A stretch of 64,000 nucleotides of DNA from Gemmatimonadaceae bacterium (GTDB taxonomy: Bacteria > Gemmatimonadota > Gemmatimonadetes > Gemmatimonadales > Gemmatimonadaceae), in assembly GCA_045803545.1 (NCBI GenBank), contig JBJMOW010000005.1, forward strand, positions 1,472,001 to 1,536,000. Direction: 5' to 3'. This document shows positions 52,499-61,947 of the stretch, one piece after another (within the stretch, counting starts at the first letter, position 1; the number at the start of each line of letters is the position of its first letter). The notes under the pieces were generated by a model, which searched no databases, was not told where the DNA came from, and saw nothing but the letters and a program-made list of their open reading frames with translations. The translations under genes and the position numbers were made by a program.

Positions 52499-54628
52499 TC
52501 AAACTGCCGCGTGGCGATGGGAGATGGCTCGCCGGACTTCGCTCGCGAACTGACCGCCGGTGAAGTCACCTTTTTCCAGAATGGTGGCTACGAGTCCGTT
52601 CAACTTGCCTCGATCCTCGGCGGTGATTGTCTTGGACGTGACGATCACGATCGGTATGCTCGCGGTGCCGACGTGCTCATGAAGCGCTGCTACGACGTCG
52701 AAGCCGGTCACGTCGGGCATCATCAAATCGAGCACGATCAGATCGGGCAGCTCTCGTCGCGCGATTTCAATCGCGTCGCCGCCGCCGTAAGCGCGCAGGA
52801 CATTGCTCGCGAGCCCCTCAACGTGGAATGCGACCAGGTCCACTGCGCGAGGGTCGTCGTCGACGATCAGGATCTTGAGCTGTGCGCCAGTGTTCAGCGG
52901 AACCAGCCCCAGTGCGACGAGCGATTCATACAGCTCCTGACGTGACAGCGGTTTTTGCATCACCGCCGCGGCGCCGAGCGCGAATCCCTTATTTCGGTCG
53001 GCGACTATGGAGACTATCACGATCGGTACGTGCTTGAGCGAGGGCATCTGCTTCAGGCGCCCGAGCAACTCCCAGCCATCCATCCCTGGCAGCATGAGAT
53101 CGAGGGTGATCAGCGATAGCGCTTGCTGTTCGGCAAGGACGAGCGCCACTTCCGCACTCGGGGCGTGAAGGATCGTGAACCCCTCGGCTTCGAGCTGAAC
53201 TCGAATGAGCTCGGCGGACTTGAAATCATCCTCGATGACGAGAGCGATGCGATCGCTTGGCAGAAGCTCGACGGCGACGGTTACGTTGATTTGCTCTTCA
53301 ACGGCTTTCTCGTCCTCGGATCTCAAGGGAAGCCATACCGTGAATCGCGAGCCTTTGCCCTCGGTGCTCTCCACGGCCAGCGTTCCACCATGGAGCTCTG
53401 AGAGCAGCTTGATCATCGCCAGGCCAAGTCCTGTTCCCTGATACTTCCTGGCGAGACCGCTGTCGATCTGACTGAACGGCTTGAACAACGCCTCCATGCC
53501 CTCCGGCGTGATGCCGATTCCAATGTCAGTGACGCTGATTTCGAGAAACTCAGCGAAGCCATTGTTGGCCAGCGGAAAGACGCGGCCGGTCGCGTCGTAC
53601 TGGAGACGGCCAACCTCGGCTCTCGAAACGCGGCTCGCTTGCAGTGAGACTTCGCCGCCGTCGGTGCTGAACTTCACCGCGTTGGAGAGCAGGTTGTAAA
53701 CGATCTGCTTTACCTTCCGCGCGTCGGCGCGAATGGAACCGAGCTCACGCGGCGCATTCAAGGTGAGCCTGATGTGGCGCGCCTGCGCTTTTTCCTTGAC
53801 GATCGACAGGCTGTTCGCGAACAGGGACGATATCTGCACTGGCTCCAGATCCAGCATCATCTTCCCGGCTTCAACCTTCGAAAGATCCAGGATGTCGTTG
53901 ATCAGGGACAGCAGATGCTTGCCGCTGCTGAAGATGTCGCCGATGAATTTTTTCTGTTGATCGGTGAGGTTTCCGATCAGGCCGTCCCCCAGCACCTCTG
54001 AGAAACCAATGATCGCGTTGAGCGGTGTTCTCAGCTCATGCGACATGTTGGCGAGAAATTCGGACTTCATCCGGCTAGCTTCCTCGAGCTCGACGTTCTT
54101 CTGCTGCAGCCGCTGTTCGAGCTTTCTGCGTTCGTCCTCGATCTGCTTGCGGGCAGTATTGTCTGTCCCAATCAGCAGGTATCCGATAATGATGTCCTTC
54201 ACGTCGCGCAGTGCGGTTACCGACACCACGGCCGGAAAGCGGCTCTTGTCCTTACGGATGTAGGTGAGCTCATAGATGTCCTCGATGCCACGCGAGGCCT
54301 TGAACACCAACGCCTCGAAGCCGGGCGCGATCTCCGTTCCGACTTCGGCGCTCAGCGCTCTGGCACGAGCGACGATTTCCTGCGCGTCGGAGATGTCGGC
54401 AGGCGTAATCTTGTTCACCACTTCCACCGCTTCGTAGCCAAGCATGCGCTCGGCGCCAACATTGAAGATCTGGATCACCCCGTTCGCGTCGGTGGCGATA
54501 CTGGAGAAGTTGGCGCTGTTGAAGATTGCGTTCTGTAGAGCGTCAGCGCTGAGAACTGCCGCGGTACGACGGCGCCACAGGTTGAAGACGCCGTTACCGT
54601 TACCGTTGGTGTGCGGGTGCGTGGTCAT
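52499..54628 (-). CDS. PAS-domain hybrid histidine kinase with two receiver domains
   Basis: AAGGAG RBS; PAS (FNVGAERMLGY), MSHELRTPLN, NLLSNAVKF, GTGLGL, two DLM(L/M)P receiver motifs. Confidence 0.95.
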   Translation of the reverse strand: MTTHPHTNGNGNGVFNLWRRRTAAVLSADALQNAIFNSANFSSIATDANGVIQIFNVGAERMLGYEAVEVVNKITPADISDAQEIVARARALSAEVGTEIAPGFEALVFKASRGIEDIYELTYIRKDKSRFPAVVSVTALRDVKDIIIGYLLIGTDNTARKQIEDERRKLEQRLQQKNVELEEASRMKSEFLANMSHELRTPLNAIIGFSEVLGDGLIGNLTDQQKKFIGDIFSSGKHLLSLINDILDLSKVEAGKMMLDLEPVQISSLFANSLSIVKEKAQARHIRLTLNAPRELGSIRADARKVKQIVYNLLSNAVKFSTDGGEVSLQASRVSRAEVGRLQYDATGRVFPLANNGFAEFLEISVTDIGIGITPEGMEALFKPFSQIDSGLARKYQGTGLGLAMIKLLSELHGGTLAVESTEGKGSRFTVWLPLRSEDEKAVEEQINVTVAVELLPSDRIALVIEDDFKSAELIRVQLEAEGFTILHAPSAEVALVLAEQQALSLITLDLMLPGMDGWELLGRLKQMPSLKHVPIVIVSIVADRNKGFALGAAAVMQKPLSRQELYESLVALGLVPLNTGAQLKILIVDDDPRAVDLVAFHVEGLASNVLRAYGGGDAIEIARRELPDLIVLDLMMPDVTGFDVVAALHEHVGTASIPIVIVTSKTITAEDRGKLNGLVATILEKGDFTGGQFASEVRRAISHRHAAV

Positions 54629-54633
54629 GGCCG

Positions 54634-54894
54634 CTACTCCTTCGCCGGTGTCGTATCGCCAGCCATGAATTTCTTCCATGCCCGCGCGCTCATCATCCAG
54701 GAGCCCTGATTACGCGCACGAAGGCGCTGTTCCGTCACTCCGATGATGCGTGGGACACGGCGTTTGTGCAGCGTGGTTCCGTTTTCGTTGAAGACCGCGG
54801 GGGCCGATTTCGGGCTGGCAGCAGCGGCGGCTTTCCGTTGATCGAGAAAGCCGAATAGGGTCTGTCTTAGACTCTTCCTGTTGTTGCTTTTCAT
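54634..54894 (-). CDS. 86-aa basic hypothetical protein (paralog of 50222-50482)
   Basis: MKSNNRKSLRQTLFG..VPRIIGVTEQRLRARNQGSW. Confidence 0.7.
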   Translation of the reverse strand: MKSNNRKSLRQTLFGFLDQRKAAAAASPKSAPAVFNENGTTLHKRRVPRIIGVTEQRLRARNQGSWMMSARAWKKFMAGDTTPAKE

Positions 54895-55142
54895 TTGTGC
54901 GCCTGGCATGGAGGGCGTCGCCAGTAGCGCCGGATGCTGCCTTAATCGAGGCAGATCGAAATGCGGGCTGGTGGGATCTTCCCGCACACATTCTTCATGA
55001 GAACGTGTGCTAAATATAACTCATTACACGCTTTGGTGGGCTTATTCCGACTGAAATACACAGGCCTGCTCCATCATCAAATCACGGAACAAGACGTGCG
55101 CTGACTCTGTCAATACCTGTAGTAACTCGCCTGACGCGTCCG

Positions 55143-55664
55143 ATGCCCGCATCCAGAAACAAACCCCCGAAACCAGCCAGCCGCACCCGCATCGGCGATC
55201 GGCTTCGACACGATCTTCCGACCCTCGTCGTGCGGTATGTGGACCGGCTGCGCACCGATCCGTTGTTCTCGAGAGCGGAGTCGCTGCCCAATCCGGTTCT
55301 GGAAGCCCACGCAATGAGCTTCCTCGGCGATCTCTTCCAATCGCTCGTGGTGCTCGAGAACGCTGAAGGACTCGATGATGCCGATGAATCAGAGCTGCTG
55401 GCCGAAGGCAGCCGGATCCAGCGTTTCATTTCCGAGCTGCACGGTCGCCAGCGACACCGGCTTGGCTGGACAGAGCACGCACTCGAACGTGAGTATCAGA
55501 TCCTCAGAGAGGAAGTCGACTCGCTGGTGCGACGACACGCGCCGGATGCGGATCGCGCCGGTGATTTCAGCTGGGCGATCGATGTACTAAACCTCCGGCT
55601 CAACAACGCGCGCGCCGCGAGCGTCGCCGCCTATGAGACGGCGGCGAGCGAGAGTCGAACCTAG
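55143..55664 (+). CDS. Stand-alone RsbRD_N-like helical domain protein
   Basis: SELHGRQRHRLGW..LEREYQILRE resembles the N-terminal domain of the kinase at 50844-51974. Confidence 0.65.
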   Translation: MPASRNKPPKPASRTRIGDRLRHDLPTLVVRYVDRLRTDPLFSRAESLPNPVLEAHAMSFLGDLFQSLVVLENAEGLDDADESELLAEGSRIQRFISELHGRQRHRLGWTEHALEREYQILREEVDSLVRRHAPDADRAGDFSWAIDVLNLRLNNARAASVAAYETAASESRT

Positions 55665-55963
55665 GCCAGCGCTTCCCTGTCTTCTGTCCCGCGCTCCACC
55701 GTCGCTTCATGACTCCACAAACCGAGCGGCTGCAGCGCGTGCTGCGCGATAAACCCACAGTGCTGGCAAACGATCATCACCGCCGGAATCGTCACAGTGC
55801 TCGCGCCGTTGCGCGCGCTCGTCTCCTGCACCTCGATGCGTGAGTACTCACTCACCGTCCACTGACTGTCGTCGCAACGCGGACAACCGCCGGCGCCACG
55901 CGACTTGAGTGCGCTGACGATTCGCTGCTTGTCGGTGCTCGAGATTCCCTTGTAATTCGACAT
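55661..55963 (-). CDS. Small zinc-ribbon protein
   Basis: AAGGAG RBS; CPRC and CQHCG pairs. Confidence 0.75.
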   Translation of the reverse strand: MSNYKGISSTDKQRIVSALKSRGAGGCPRCDDSQWTVSEYSRIEVQETSARNGASTVTIPAVMIVCQHCGFIAQHALQPLGLWSHEATVERGTEDREALA

Positions 55964-56235
55964 CTGTGCTCCTTGGTTCGAATGACGCGTGTCAATCCGG
56001 TCTGGTCGATCGAAGATTGCAACGGCGACAATTTTGGGCGTCGCCAGGATCGCCAGGGCGCTGTCTCAGTGAGACCGCGTAGAGCGCCGGCTGGTGGGAG
56101 ACGTCCGGCGCAGGAACCATTCACACTTAATCTACGCTAAAGCGCAGCGTAACGCTTCGAGAATCACGCCGCTCGCCTCTTCTTATAGTAGCAGGCTCGC
56201 CCAAACCACGATCGATCTTGTAGTTTTTCAGCACT

Positions 56236-56772
56236 ATGATGCGTGCGCTGTTCGGCTCGGCGAGCCTGTTGCTGTGCGTTGCGCCCAACATCTCCTGGGC
56301 GCAAGGCTATCCGCCGAGTCAGCGCGGCTCTGTCTCACAGAATGTCGCCTATACTACGATTTCGATCGCCTACGGCCGCCCAGTCGCGCGCGGCCGAGCG
56401 TTGTTTGGCAGTCTGGTGCCGTGGGATCAGATATGGCACCCGGGCGCTGACTCGGCGACACGCATCACTTTCAATCACGACATCGTCGTCGAAGGCAAGC
56501 CGCTGCGCGCGGGTGAGTACACGCTGTGGCTGATTCCGCGACAGACTGCGCCGTGGACGCTCATCTTCAGCCGCGCCGCGCACGTCTTTCACAAACCGTA
56601 TCCCGGTGAGCGCTACGAAGTTCTGCGCGTCGACATCAAACCCGAGCAAGTCTCGCACGTCGAGTCCTTCACGATCTACTTCCCTTCCGTTCTCCGCGAC
56701 GAAGCGGTGATGCAATTGCACTGGGGAACGACGGCGATTCCAGTCCACATCACCGCGCCGTACACGCCCTAG
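56236..56772 (+). CDS. DUF2911 domain secreted protein
   Basis: PSQRGSVSQ..I.YGRP.ARGR.LFG.LVPW..W..GA..AT..F..D. Confidence 0.88.
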   Translation: MMRALFGSASLLLCVAPNISWAQGYPPSQRGSVSQNVAYTTISIAYGRPVARGRALFGSLVPWDQIWHPGADSATRITFNHDIVVEGKPLRAGEYTLWLIPRQTAPWTLIFSRAAHVFHKPYPGERYEVLRVDIKPEQVSHVESFTIYFPSVLRDEAVMQLHWGTTAIPVHITAPYTP

Positions 56773-56784
56773 CAGGGTCACTCA

Positions 56785-58437
56785 CTACTGCGCGCCCGGG
56801 ACTCCCTGCGCGCTTTCGGCGGTAATCGTGTAACTGTAATCCCCTGACTGACAGTCATGCCCTGTGAAGGTACCGGCATCATAGTCCTCGCAGCGATAGG
56901 GGAACGAGATTACGGTGTGAAAAGTCGTCGCGTGGATCGTACCCGATGCAATCTTGGTCTGGTCCGCCCCAAAGATCTTGAACACGAACGAGTAGTCGTT
57001 GCCGAATTTGAGATTGCCGTACATGTACTCGACGTCACCGTTGAAAATGTGGGTGTTGTCGAAATTCGGGTCGGGATCGTCGACCTGCTGAAAATCCTCC
57101 GTGTAGTACGAGACGTCGCCCGCATTGGTGCCGTACTGGAAGTCGGTGAACGCGCGGTCGGGAATGGGGCCAGCTGCGCTGGTGTGGGTTTGACTGCAAA
57201 CCCTGACGAAAGCGGGTGAGACGTTCACAGTGAAGCCCTCGAAGACGATCGGCTCCAGGCGCATCTCGTCGATGCATTCGATGTGCTGAGCGACAGTGCC
57301 GAAATCGGGATCTTCGTAGGTTCCGTTGAACTCCAGGTAACTCGCTGTCGCGGGATCGAACTGGAAGTCGGTGAGCAATTGTCCGTCGACTTCGTCGCGG
57401 AACGCGAACGTCAACGGACCGGTCATGAGAGGCAGATGACCGCTGACGTTGGACTGCCAGCTTTCGTTGCGGCGCCAGTTCTCCAACACGCGATAATCGG
57501 TGCGAGCGCCGTTATCGGTGAAGATGTAATAACCCTCGCTGAATTTCGTCCCGACGTAATCCCTCAGGCTGAAATACGAGCCGAACCAGGTGAAATCGTT
57601 CGGCACATAGATGTTGATCGCCTGGGTAGTGCTGTTGTTCGACGCATCCCAGTCGCCCGGATTCACAGATTCAGCGCGCACTGTCAGCTGCTTCGTTCCC
57701 CGCTCGGTGAAGATGTGATTGAAGATGCACGACACACTGCGACCGGCATCGACCCAGACTCCGCTCCCGCGGCCAACGTCCACTCCGTCCACCGCGAGGA
57801 CACAGACAGTATTCGCGCCGACGTCGCCGTTCTTCTCGGAGATCAACGCCGAGATCTGGATCGGCGTCTCCATCCGCGCCTGCCCCGGAGCGAAGATGCG
57901 ATCGACCGAGACGTCGGGCCGCAGCTTCACGGTTTCAGTCGCCGAGACAATGTCGCTGTGCTTGCCATCGACGCCGACAACAGTGCCCTGCACTCCCAGC
58001 TTGCTGCCGCGCACTCTCCCGGCCAGCGTCGTTTGATAGGTCGGCGAGCTCAGGTTTTTGTAGCTCGTCGTCGTCTGCAGCGTACCGTTCGGCGCGAATT
58101 GTTTGAGCTGAATCTTGTTAAGCAGTCGCGACGCGTCGGGGTTATCGATAGTCCCGGTGGCAACGTCGAGGGTCGTGCTGCCATTGATACCGAGGAGCGC
58201 CCTCGCCTCCAGACTCGCCGCCCCGGCAAACCCACGCGCGTTCTTTTTCCCCTTGTCGCGATACTTGATGCTATTGGCGAAGCGTGTCGGGCCTCGTCGA
58301 GCCGTGGTGGCTGAAACGTCGCGTCGCAGGTGCGAGGGCGGGCTGATCGGTGCGGTCACGGAGTTGTCCGCGCAAGCGGCAGCTGCGATGAGGGCTCCGA
58401 GCAGAGCAAACGATCTGACCCAAGTGTTCGACTCCAT
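56785..58437 (-). CDS. Lipoprotein with CARDB-like Ig domain
   Basis: GAGG RBS, lipobox AAAC; PDVSVDRI..E.NGD.GA..NPGDWDASNNS. Confidence 0.7.
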   Translation of the reverse strand: MESNTWVRSFALLGALIAAAACADNSVTAPISPPSHLRRDVSATTARRGPTRFANSIKYRDKGKKNARGFAGAASLEARALLGINGSTTLDVATGTIDNPDASRLLNKIQLKQFAPNGTLQTTTSYKNLSSPTYQTTLAGRVRGSKLGVQGTVVGVDGKHSDIVSATETVKLRPDVSVDRIFAPGQARMETPIQISALISEKNGDVGANTVCVLAVDGVDVGRGSGVWVDAGRSVSCIFNHIFTERGTKQLTVRAESVNPGDWDASNNSTTQAINIYVPNDFTWFGSYFSLRDYVGTKFSEGYYIFTDNGARTDYRVLENWRRNESWQSNVSGHLPLMTGPLTFAFRDEVDGQLLTDFQFDPATASYLEFNGTYEDPDFGTVAQHIECIDEMRLEPIVFEGFTVNVSPAFVRVCSQTHTSAAGPIPDRAFTDFQYGTNAGDVSYYTEDFQQVDDPDPNFDNTHIFNGDVEYMYGNLKFGNDYSFVFKIFGADQTKIASGTIHATTFHTVISFPYRCEDYDAGTFTGHDCQSGDYSYTITAESAQGVPGAQ

Positions 58438-58490
58438 AAGCACCTCTCGGCAAAAGCGATGATTACTCATTTCGCTCACATTGGGTCACT

Positions 58491-60089
58491 CTAGACCGAT
58501 TGCGACAATCCAATCAGAATCGCCGCGCGATCCGCCGTGATCGACTTCCCGGTTTGCGCCTGCAGCGTTGCGCGATAGTCCTTCAGCTTCGCGTCGGCCT
58601 GTTTCGTCTTCCCGTTCTCGCGGGCTTGCTGCGCCTGCGCTAAATCGCTCGCAAGATCGTCGGCGACTCCCTTGTTGGTGACGAAGCGGCGCGTCAGGTT
58701 CGTCAGGCTGGCGAACGTCACACTCACGGTGAATGTCGTCGATGCAGTGGCCGTATTGCCGGCGTTGTCAGTCGCCGTCGCCGAGTACGTGTGCGGTCCG
58801 AGGCCGAACACGTAGGCGTCACCATCGATCGGCGCACAGGTATTCGATGCGATGCCGGATTCCGCGTCGCTCGCCGTACACGTGATCGAGACGTGCGCGT
58901 CGACGCTGTAATCGGCAGGGTGGGTCGAGTAAGAAATCGTTGGTGGCGTGGCATCAGCAACTGACACGCGCCACAGCACGGCACCGCTCGTATAGAACCC
59001 GCCGGGCGTCCACTGAACCTGCGCCTGGCCGACGATCAATCCGCGATTGTTGATGCCGTGTGCGTCGGCGGCAGGTCCGGAGCGCGGCACACCCAGGTCA
59101 GTCAAAGTGCCATCGTGCGACCAGAGCACCGGAGCGAAGTTGAAGGTCCCAAACGATATGCCGACGACATCGCCTGCTTCGTTCAGACCGTACGCCCGCG
59201 AAAAGGACTGGGATGCGCCTGGCACCATCGGCAAAGTCTCGAATGCGCCATGTCTGAACACCATCGCGCGCCCGAAATAGTACTGGATGGTGCCTGCCAT
59301 CTCTGCGAGAAAATCTCCGGCGTCATTGAACATTTGCCCGGTCGCAATGTCCGCCCCTACCGGGCCCACACCTGCTGGCAACGTGATTTCCGTCGACGTG
59401 CCGCCAGACCAGATCTGCGGCCGACCAGAAGCTACGCCATAGTTAAGACTTTGCCCGATGATAGTCCCCGCGGCATTGATTCCCGTCGCCCAGGCCAAGT
59501 CTGTCCCAGGCAGTTTCCCGAGATCCACGACGCCGCCCTCGGCGGGCCATAGAGCGGCGCTCGGACCGGTGAAGTCGTCGAAACCGTTGCCAACGATGTC
59601 GCCGTGCTCGTTGATCGATTGCGCTCTGCTGCTACCATAAGGGTTGTACGGTGCCAGTGTTGGGAGCGCCCTGATGACTCCATTTTCCCATACCACTGCC
59701 GAATAACGCCCGTCGGCGTCCTGCGACTCGCCTACGATCACCCCGGCATTATTGACCTGGTACGCTCGAGAGAAATGTCCGCCAAGCGTGCCGAGGTCAG
59801 TGAAGACTCCGTTCTGCCAACTGATCGCCCGCTGCTCCTGACCGTCCGGCGTATAGCCCCAACCGACGGCGAGCCCGTTGTCGTTGATGTCAACGAGCAT
59901 CGTGTACTGGCCGTTGAATTGGCCAATCGCGACGACGTCGATGCCGGTGGAGCTCTTCTCCCAGGTGACATTGGTGATCTGCTGCCGCCCGCCCGAAGAA
60001 TCCACACGCAACGACTGCTTCGGTGCAACGGGGCTGTCCGTGCATGCAACGATGAGCAACGCAGACGCAACCAACGTGAAACGACGCAT
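58491..60089 (-). CDS. Lipoprotein with HAF-type extracellular repeats and C-terminal Ig-like/helical domains
   Basis: GAGG RBS, lipobox IVAC; repeated DLGTLGG..A..IN..G.IVG. Confidence 0.82.
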   Translation of the reverse strand: MRRFTLVASALLIVACTDSPVAPKQSLRVDSSGGRQQITNVTWEKSSTGIDVVAIGQFNGQYTMLVDINDNGLAVGWGYTPDGQEQRAISWQNGVFTDLGTLGGHFSRAYQVNNAGVIVGESQDADGRYSAVVWENGVIRALPTLAPYNPYGSSRAQSINEHGDIVGNGFDDFTGPSAALWPAEGGVVDLGKLPGTDLAWATGINAAGTIIGQSLNYGVASGRPQIWSGGTSTEITLPAGVGPVGADIATGQMFNDAGDFLAEMAGTIQYYFGRAMVFRHGAFETLPMVPGASQSFSRAYGLNEAGDVVGISFGTFNFAPVLWSHDGTLTDLGVPRSGPAADAHGINNRGLIVGQAQVQWTPGGFYTSGAVLWRVSVADATPPTISYSTHPADYSVDAHVSITCTASDAESGIASNTCAPIDGDAYVFGLGPHTYSATATDNAGNTATASTTFTVSVTFASLTNLTRRFVTNKGVADDLASDLAQAQQARENGKTKQADAKLKDYRATLQAQTGKSITADRAAILIGLSQSV

Positions 60090-60200
60090 GGCGACCTCGG
60101 GTGGGTGAGTCTTGGGGATTCTGATAAGCTCAGCCGTTTGGCCGCGGGTCCAAGGTATGTCAGTAAACAAATCGCGCCAGAGGGAGATGCTTTGCTGCAG

Positions 60201-60326
60201 ACTGAGGCCTGAGGACTAAGTGCATCGATCATCGCGGACTAAGTGAGGATTGCAGCCTAAAGCGCTTTAGTCATCAATCATCGATTAGTCAGCAATCACA
60301 GATGCCTTTAGTCATCAGGCCTCAGT
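60201..60326. repeat. 126-bp element bounded by about 26-bp imperfect inverted repeats
   Basis: ACTGAGGCCTGAGGACTAA (60201-60219) vs TTAGTCATCAGGCCTCAGT (60308-60326), 18/19 complementary. Confidence 0.7.
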
Positions 60327-60330
60327 TCAG

Positions 60331-60360
60331 TTGAAATATGTCTAGTTACTAGACATATTT
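60331..60360 (+). promoter_or_regulatory. Promoter overlapped by a perfect 27-bp palindromic operator
   Basis: TTGAAA-N17-CATATT; AAATATGTCTAGT-T-ACTAGACATATTT at 60334-60360. Confidence 0.8.
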
Positions 60361-60364
60361 GGTC

Positions 60365-60889
60365 ATGATCGCAAGGCAGACGGCGGCGGCGGCGCGGGCA
60401 GACCTGAAATGGCTGACGAACTCAGCCGCGCTGCTGCGTCGGCGGCTCCGCCACACCCCCGAGGAAGCACAGTGGTGGGGTCTGGTGCGGCTGCTCGTTA
60501 CCGACCTCGAAATGACGCTCGCAACAGCAGCGGAAGTCGCAACCGCTGCACTGCGCTCCTTGCCGGAGACCAACCGCAGACGACCACGCCGACACGCTCC
60601 GACCCCGGCCAAACAGGATCCGACTGGCACCGCTGCAATAGTGATCGATCTCCCGCGCTATCAATCGACTTTTCTTGCCAATCTGTCCCGTGCGCTCATC
60701 CTCGAGACTCCCCGTCGCCGTGGCCGAACCAGCGAAGTCACTCGCGGTAACGCCGTCGAGGCAGCCCGCGATTATGGAATCGATGTCGGCTTGTTGCGTT
60801 CGGCACTAAACCGAACGCCGAGCGAGCGTCTGCAACTGCTGGACGCAAATCTGGAATTCGTTCGCGCGGCATCGCGCCAGTCAAAATGA
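60365..60889 (+). CDS. Hypothetical protein, putative antitoxin/regulator
   Basis: Helical N-terminus; C-terminal YGIDVGLLRSALNRTPSERL; ATGA-coupled to a nucleotidyltransferase. Confidence 0.6.
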   Translation: MIARQTAAAARADLKWLTNSAALLRRRLRHTPEEAQWWGLVRLLVTDLEMTLATAAEVATAALRSLPETNRRRPRRHAPTPAKQDPTGTAAIVIDLPRYQSTFLANLSRALILETPRRRGRTSEVTRGNAVEAARDYGIDVGLLRSALNRTPSERLQLLDANLEFVRAASRQSK

Positions 60890-61368
60890 GCTTCGCTTCC
60901 ATGCTCGGCGGCCTCACGAAAATAAAGATTCGGTTCGTCGTCATCGGCGGCGTCGCCGCCGCAATCCACGGTTCGTCGCGAGTGACGAATGACCTCGACA
61001 TTTGCTACGACGCTGGAGATAGAGCGAATGTCGCCGCGCTCGCCAGGCTACTCGCAGGGTGGAAGGCTTATCCGCGCGGTGTCGAGCAAGATTTGCCATT
61101 TATCATGGACGACCGCACGATGCGGGGCGCTCCCATAATGACACTGGCAACTACCGAGGGAGACCTCGACATCATGGATCGGGTGGCCGGAGTCGGCGAC
61201 TACGCAATCGTTCGCAAGCACTCGCAAGAGATCACCGCACTCGGTTTGTCTTTTCAGGTCATCGACCTGGCGTGGCTCATAAAGGCCAAGCGCGCGGCGG
61301 GCAGACCGCGCGACTTCGATCACCTTCCGGAGTTGGAGGCGCTGCTGGAGCTCCGCAAAAAGCCGTAA
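60886..61368 (+). CDS. Nucleotidyltransferase (Pol-beta superfamily, AbiEii/DUF6036-like)
   Basis: FVVIGGVAAAIHGSSRVTNDLD and LIKAKRAAGRPRD motifs. Confidence 0.82.
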   Translation: MSFASMLGGLTKIKIRFVVIGGVAAAIHGSSRVTNDLDICYDAGDRANVAALARLLAGWKAYPRGVEQDLPFIMDDRTMRGAPIMTLATTEGDLDIMDRVAGVGDYAIVRKHSQEITALGLSFQVIDLAWLIKAKRAAGRPRDFDHLPELEALLELRKKP

Positions 61369-61438
61369 GGCGTATGCAACTGTGGCACTGGTCGACCATC
61401 GCTGCCCCTTCGGGGGGTTGCCGAAACGTAATTTGCTC

Positions 61439-61493
61439 TTGACGCGCGCCCCGCGGAGATGCTAGTGTATTAGCACCTGCTAGTGTGCTAGCA
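61439..61493 (+). promoter_or_regulatory. Promoter with two tandem TGCTA-N6-TAGCA operators
   Basis: TTGACG at 61439; TGCTAGTGTATTAGCA at 61460-61475 and TGCTAGTGTGCTAGCA at 61478-61493. Confidence 0.72.
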
Positions 61494-61515
61494 GGTCGAT
61501 ACCCCGTTCAGTGTC

Positions 61516-61947
61516 ATGGCCGCGGTCCTCAGGAGGCCGATGTTGGGAAAACGCGAAGGAAAGCAACTTTCACTGGACGCACTCGGAGCGCGCGAGCGGG
61601 AGATCGTCGAGACGTTGTTCGCCCAACAGGAAGCGACGGTCGCCGACGTGCTTGGCAGCCTCCGGTCTCCACCCAGCTACTCCGCTGTGAGAGCGATGCT
61701 CACCCTCCTCGAGCAGAAGGGTTACGTAAAACACCGTCGAGATGGACTCCGCTACGTCTACTCGCCCACTGTGAACACGGCTGACGCGAAAGGCCCGGCG
61801 CTGCGGAAACTGGTCGATACCTTTTTCGGCGGCTCACCCGCCCGCGCGGTAGCGACACTATTGGAGCTGCCGCAGGGCGCAGACGAAGAGCTGACGATCA
61901 AGGATCTGCGGAAAGCGGTGCTCGCCGCAAGGAAGCAAGGGCGATGA
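61516..61947 (+). CDS. BlaI/MecI/CopY family transcriptional repressor
   Basis: REREIVETL..ATVADV..SYSAVRAMLTLLEQKGYV..DGLRYVYSP..LVDTFFGGS. Confidence 0.92.
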   Translation: MAAVLRRPMLGKREGKQLSLDALGAREREIVETLFAQQEATVADVLGSLRSPPSYSAVRAMLTLLEQKGYVKHRRDGLRYVYSPTVNTADAKGPALRKLVDTFFGGSPARAVATLLELPQGADEELTIKDLRKAVLAARKQGR

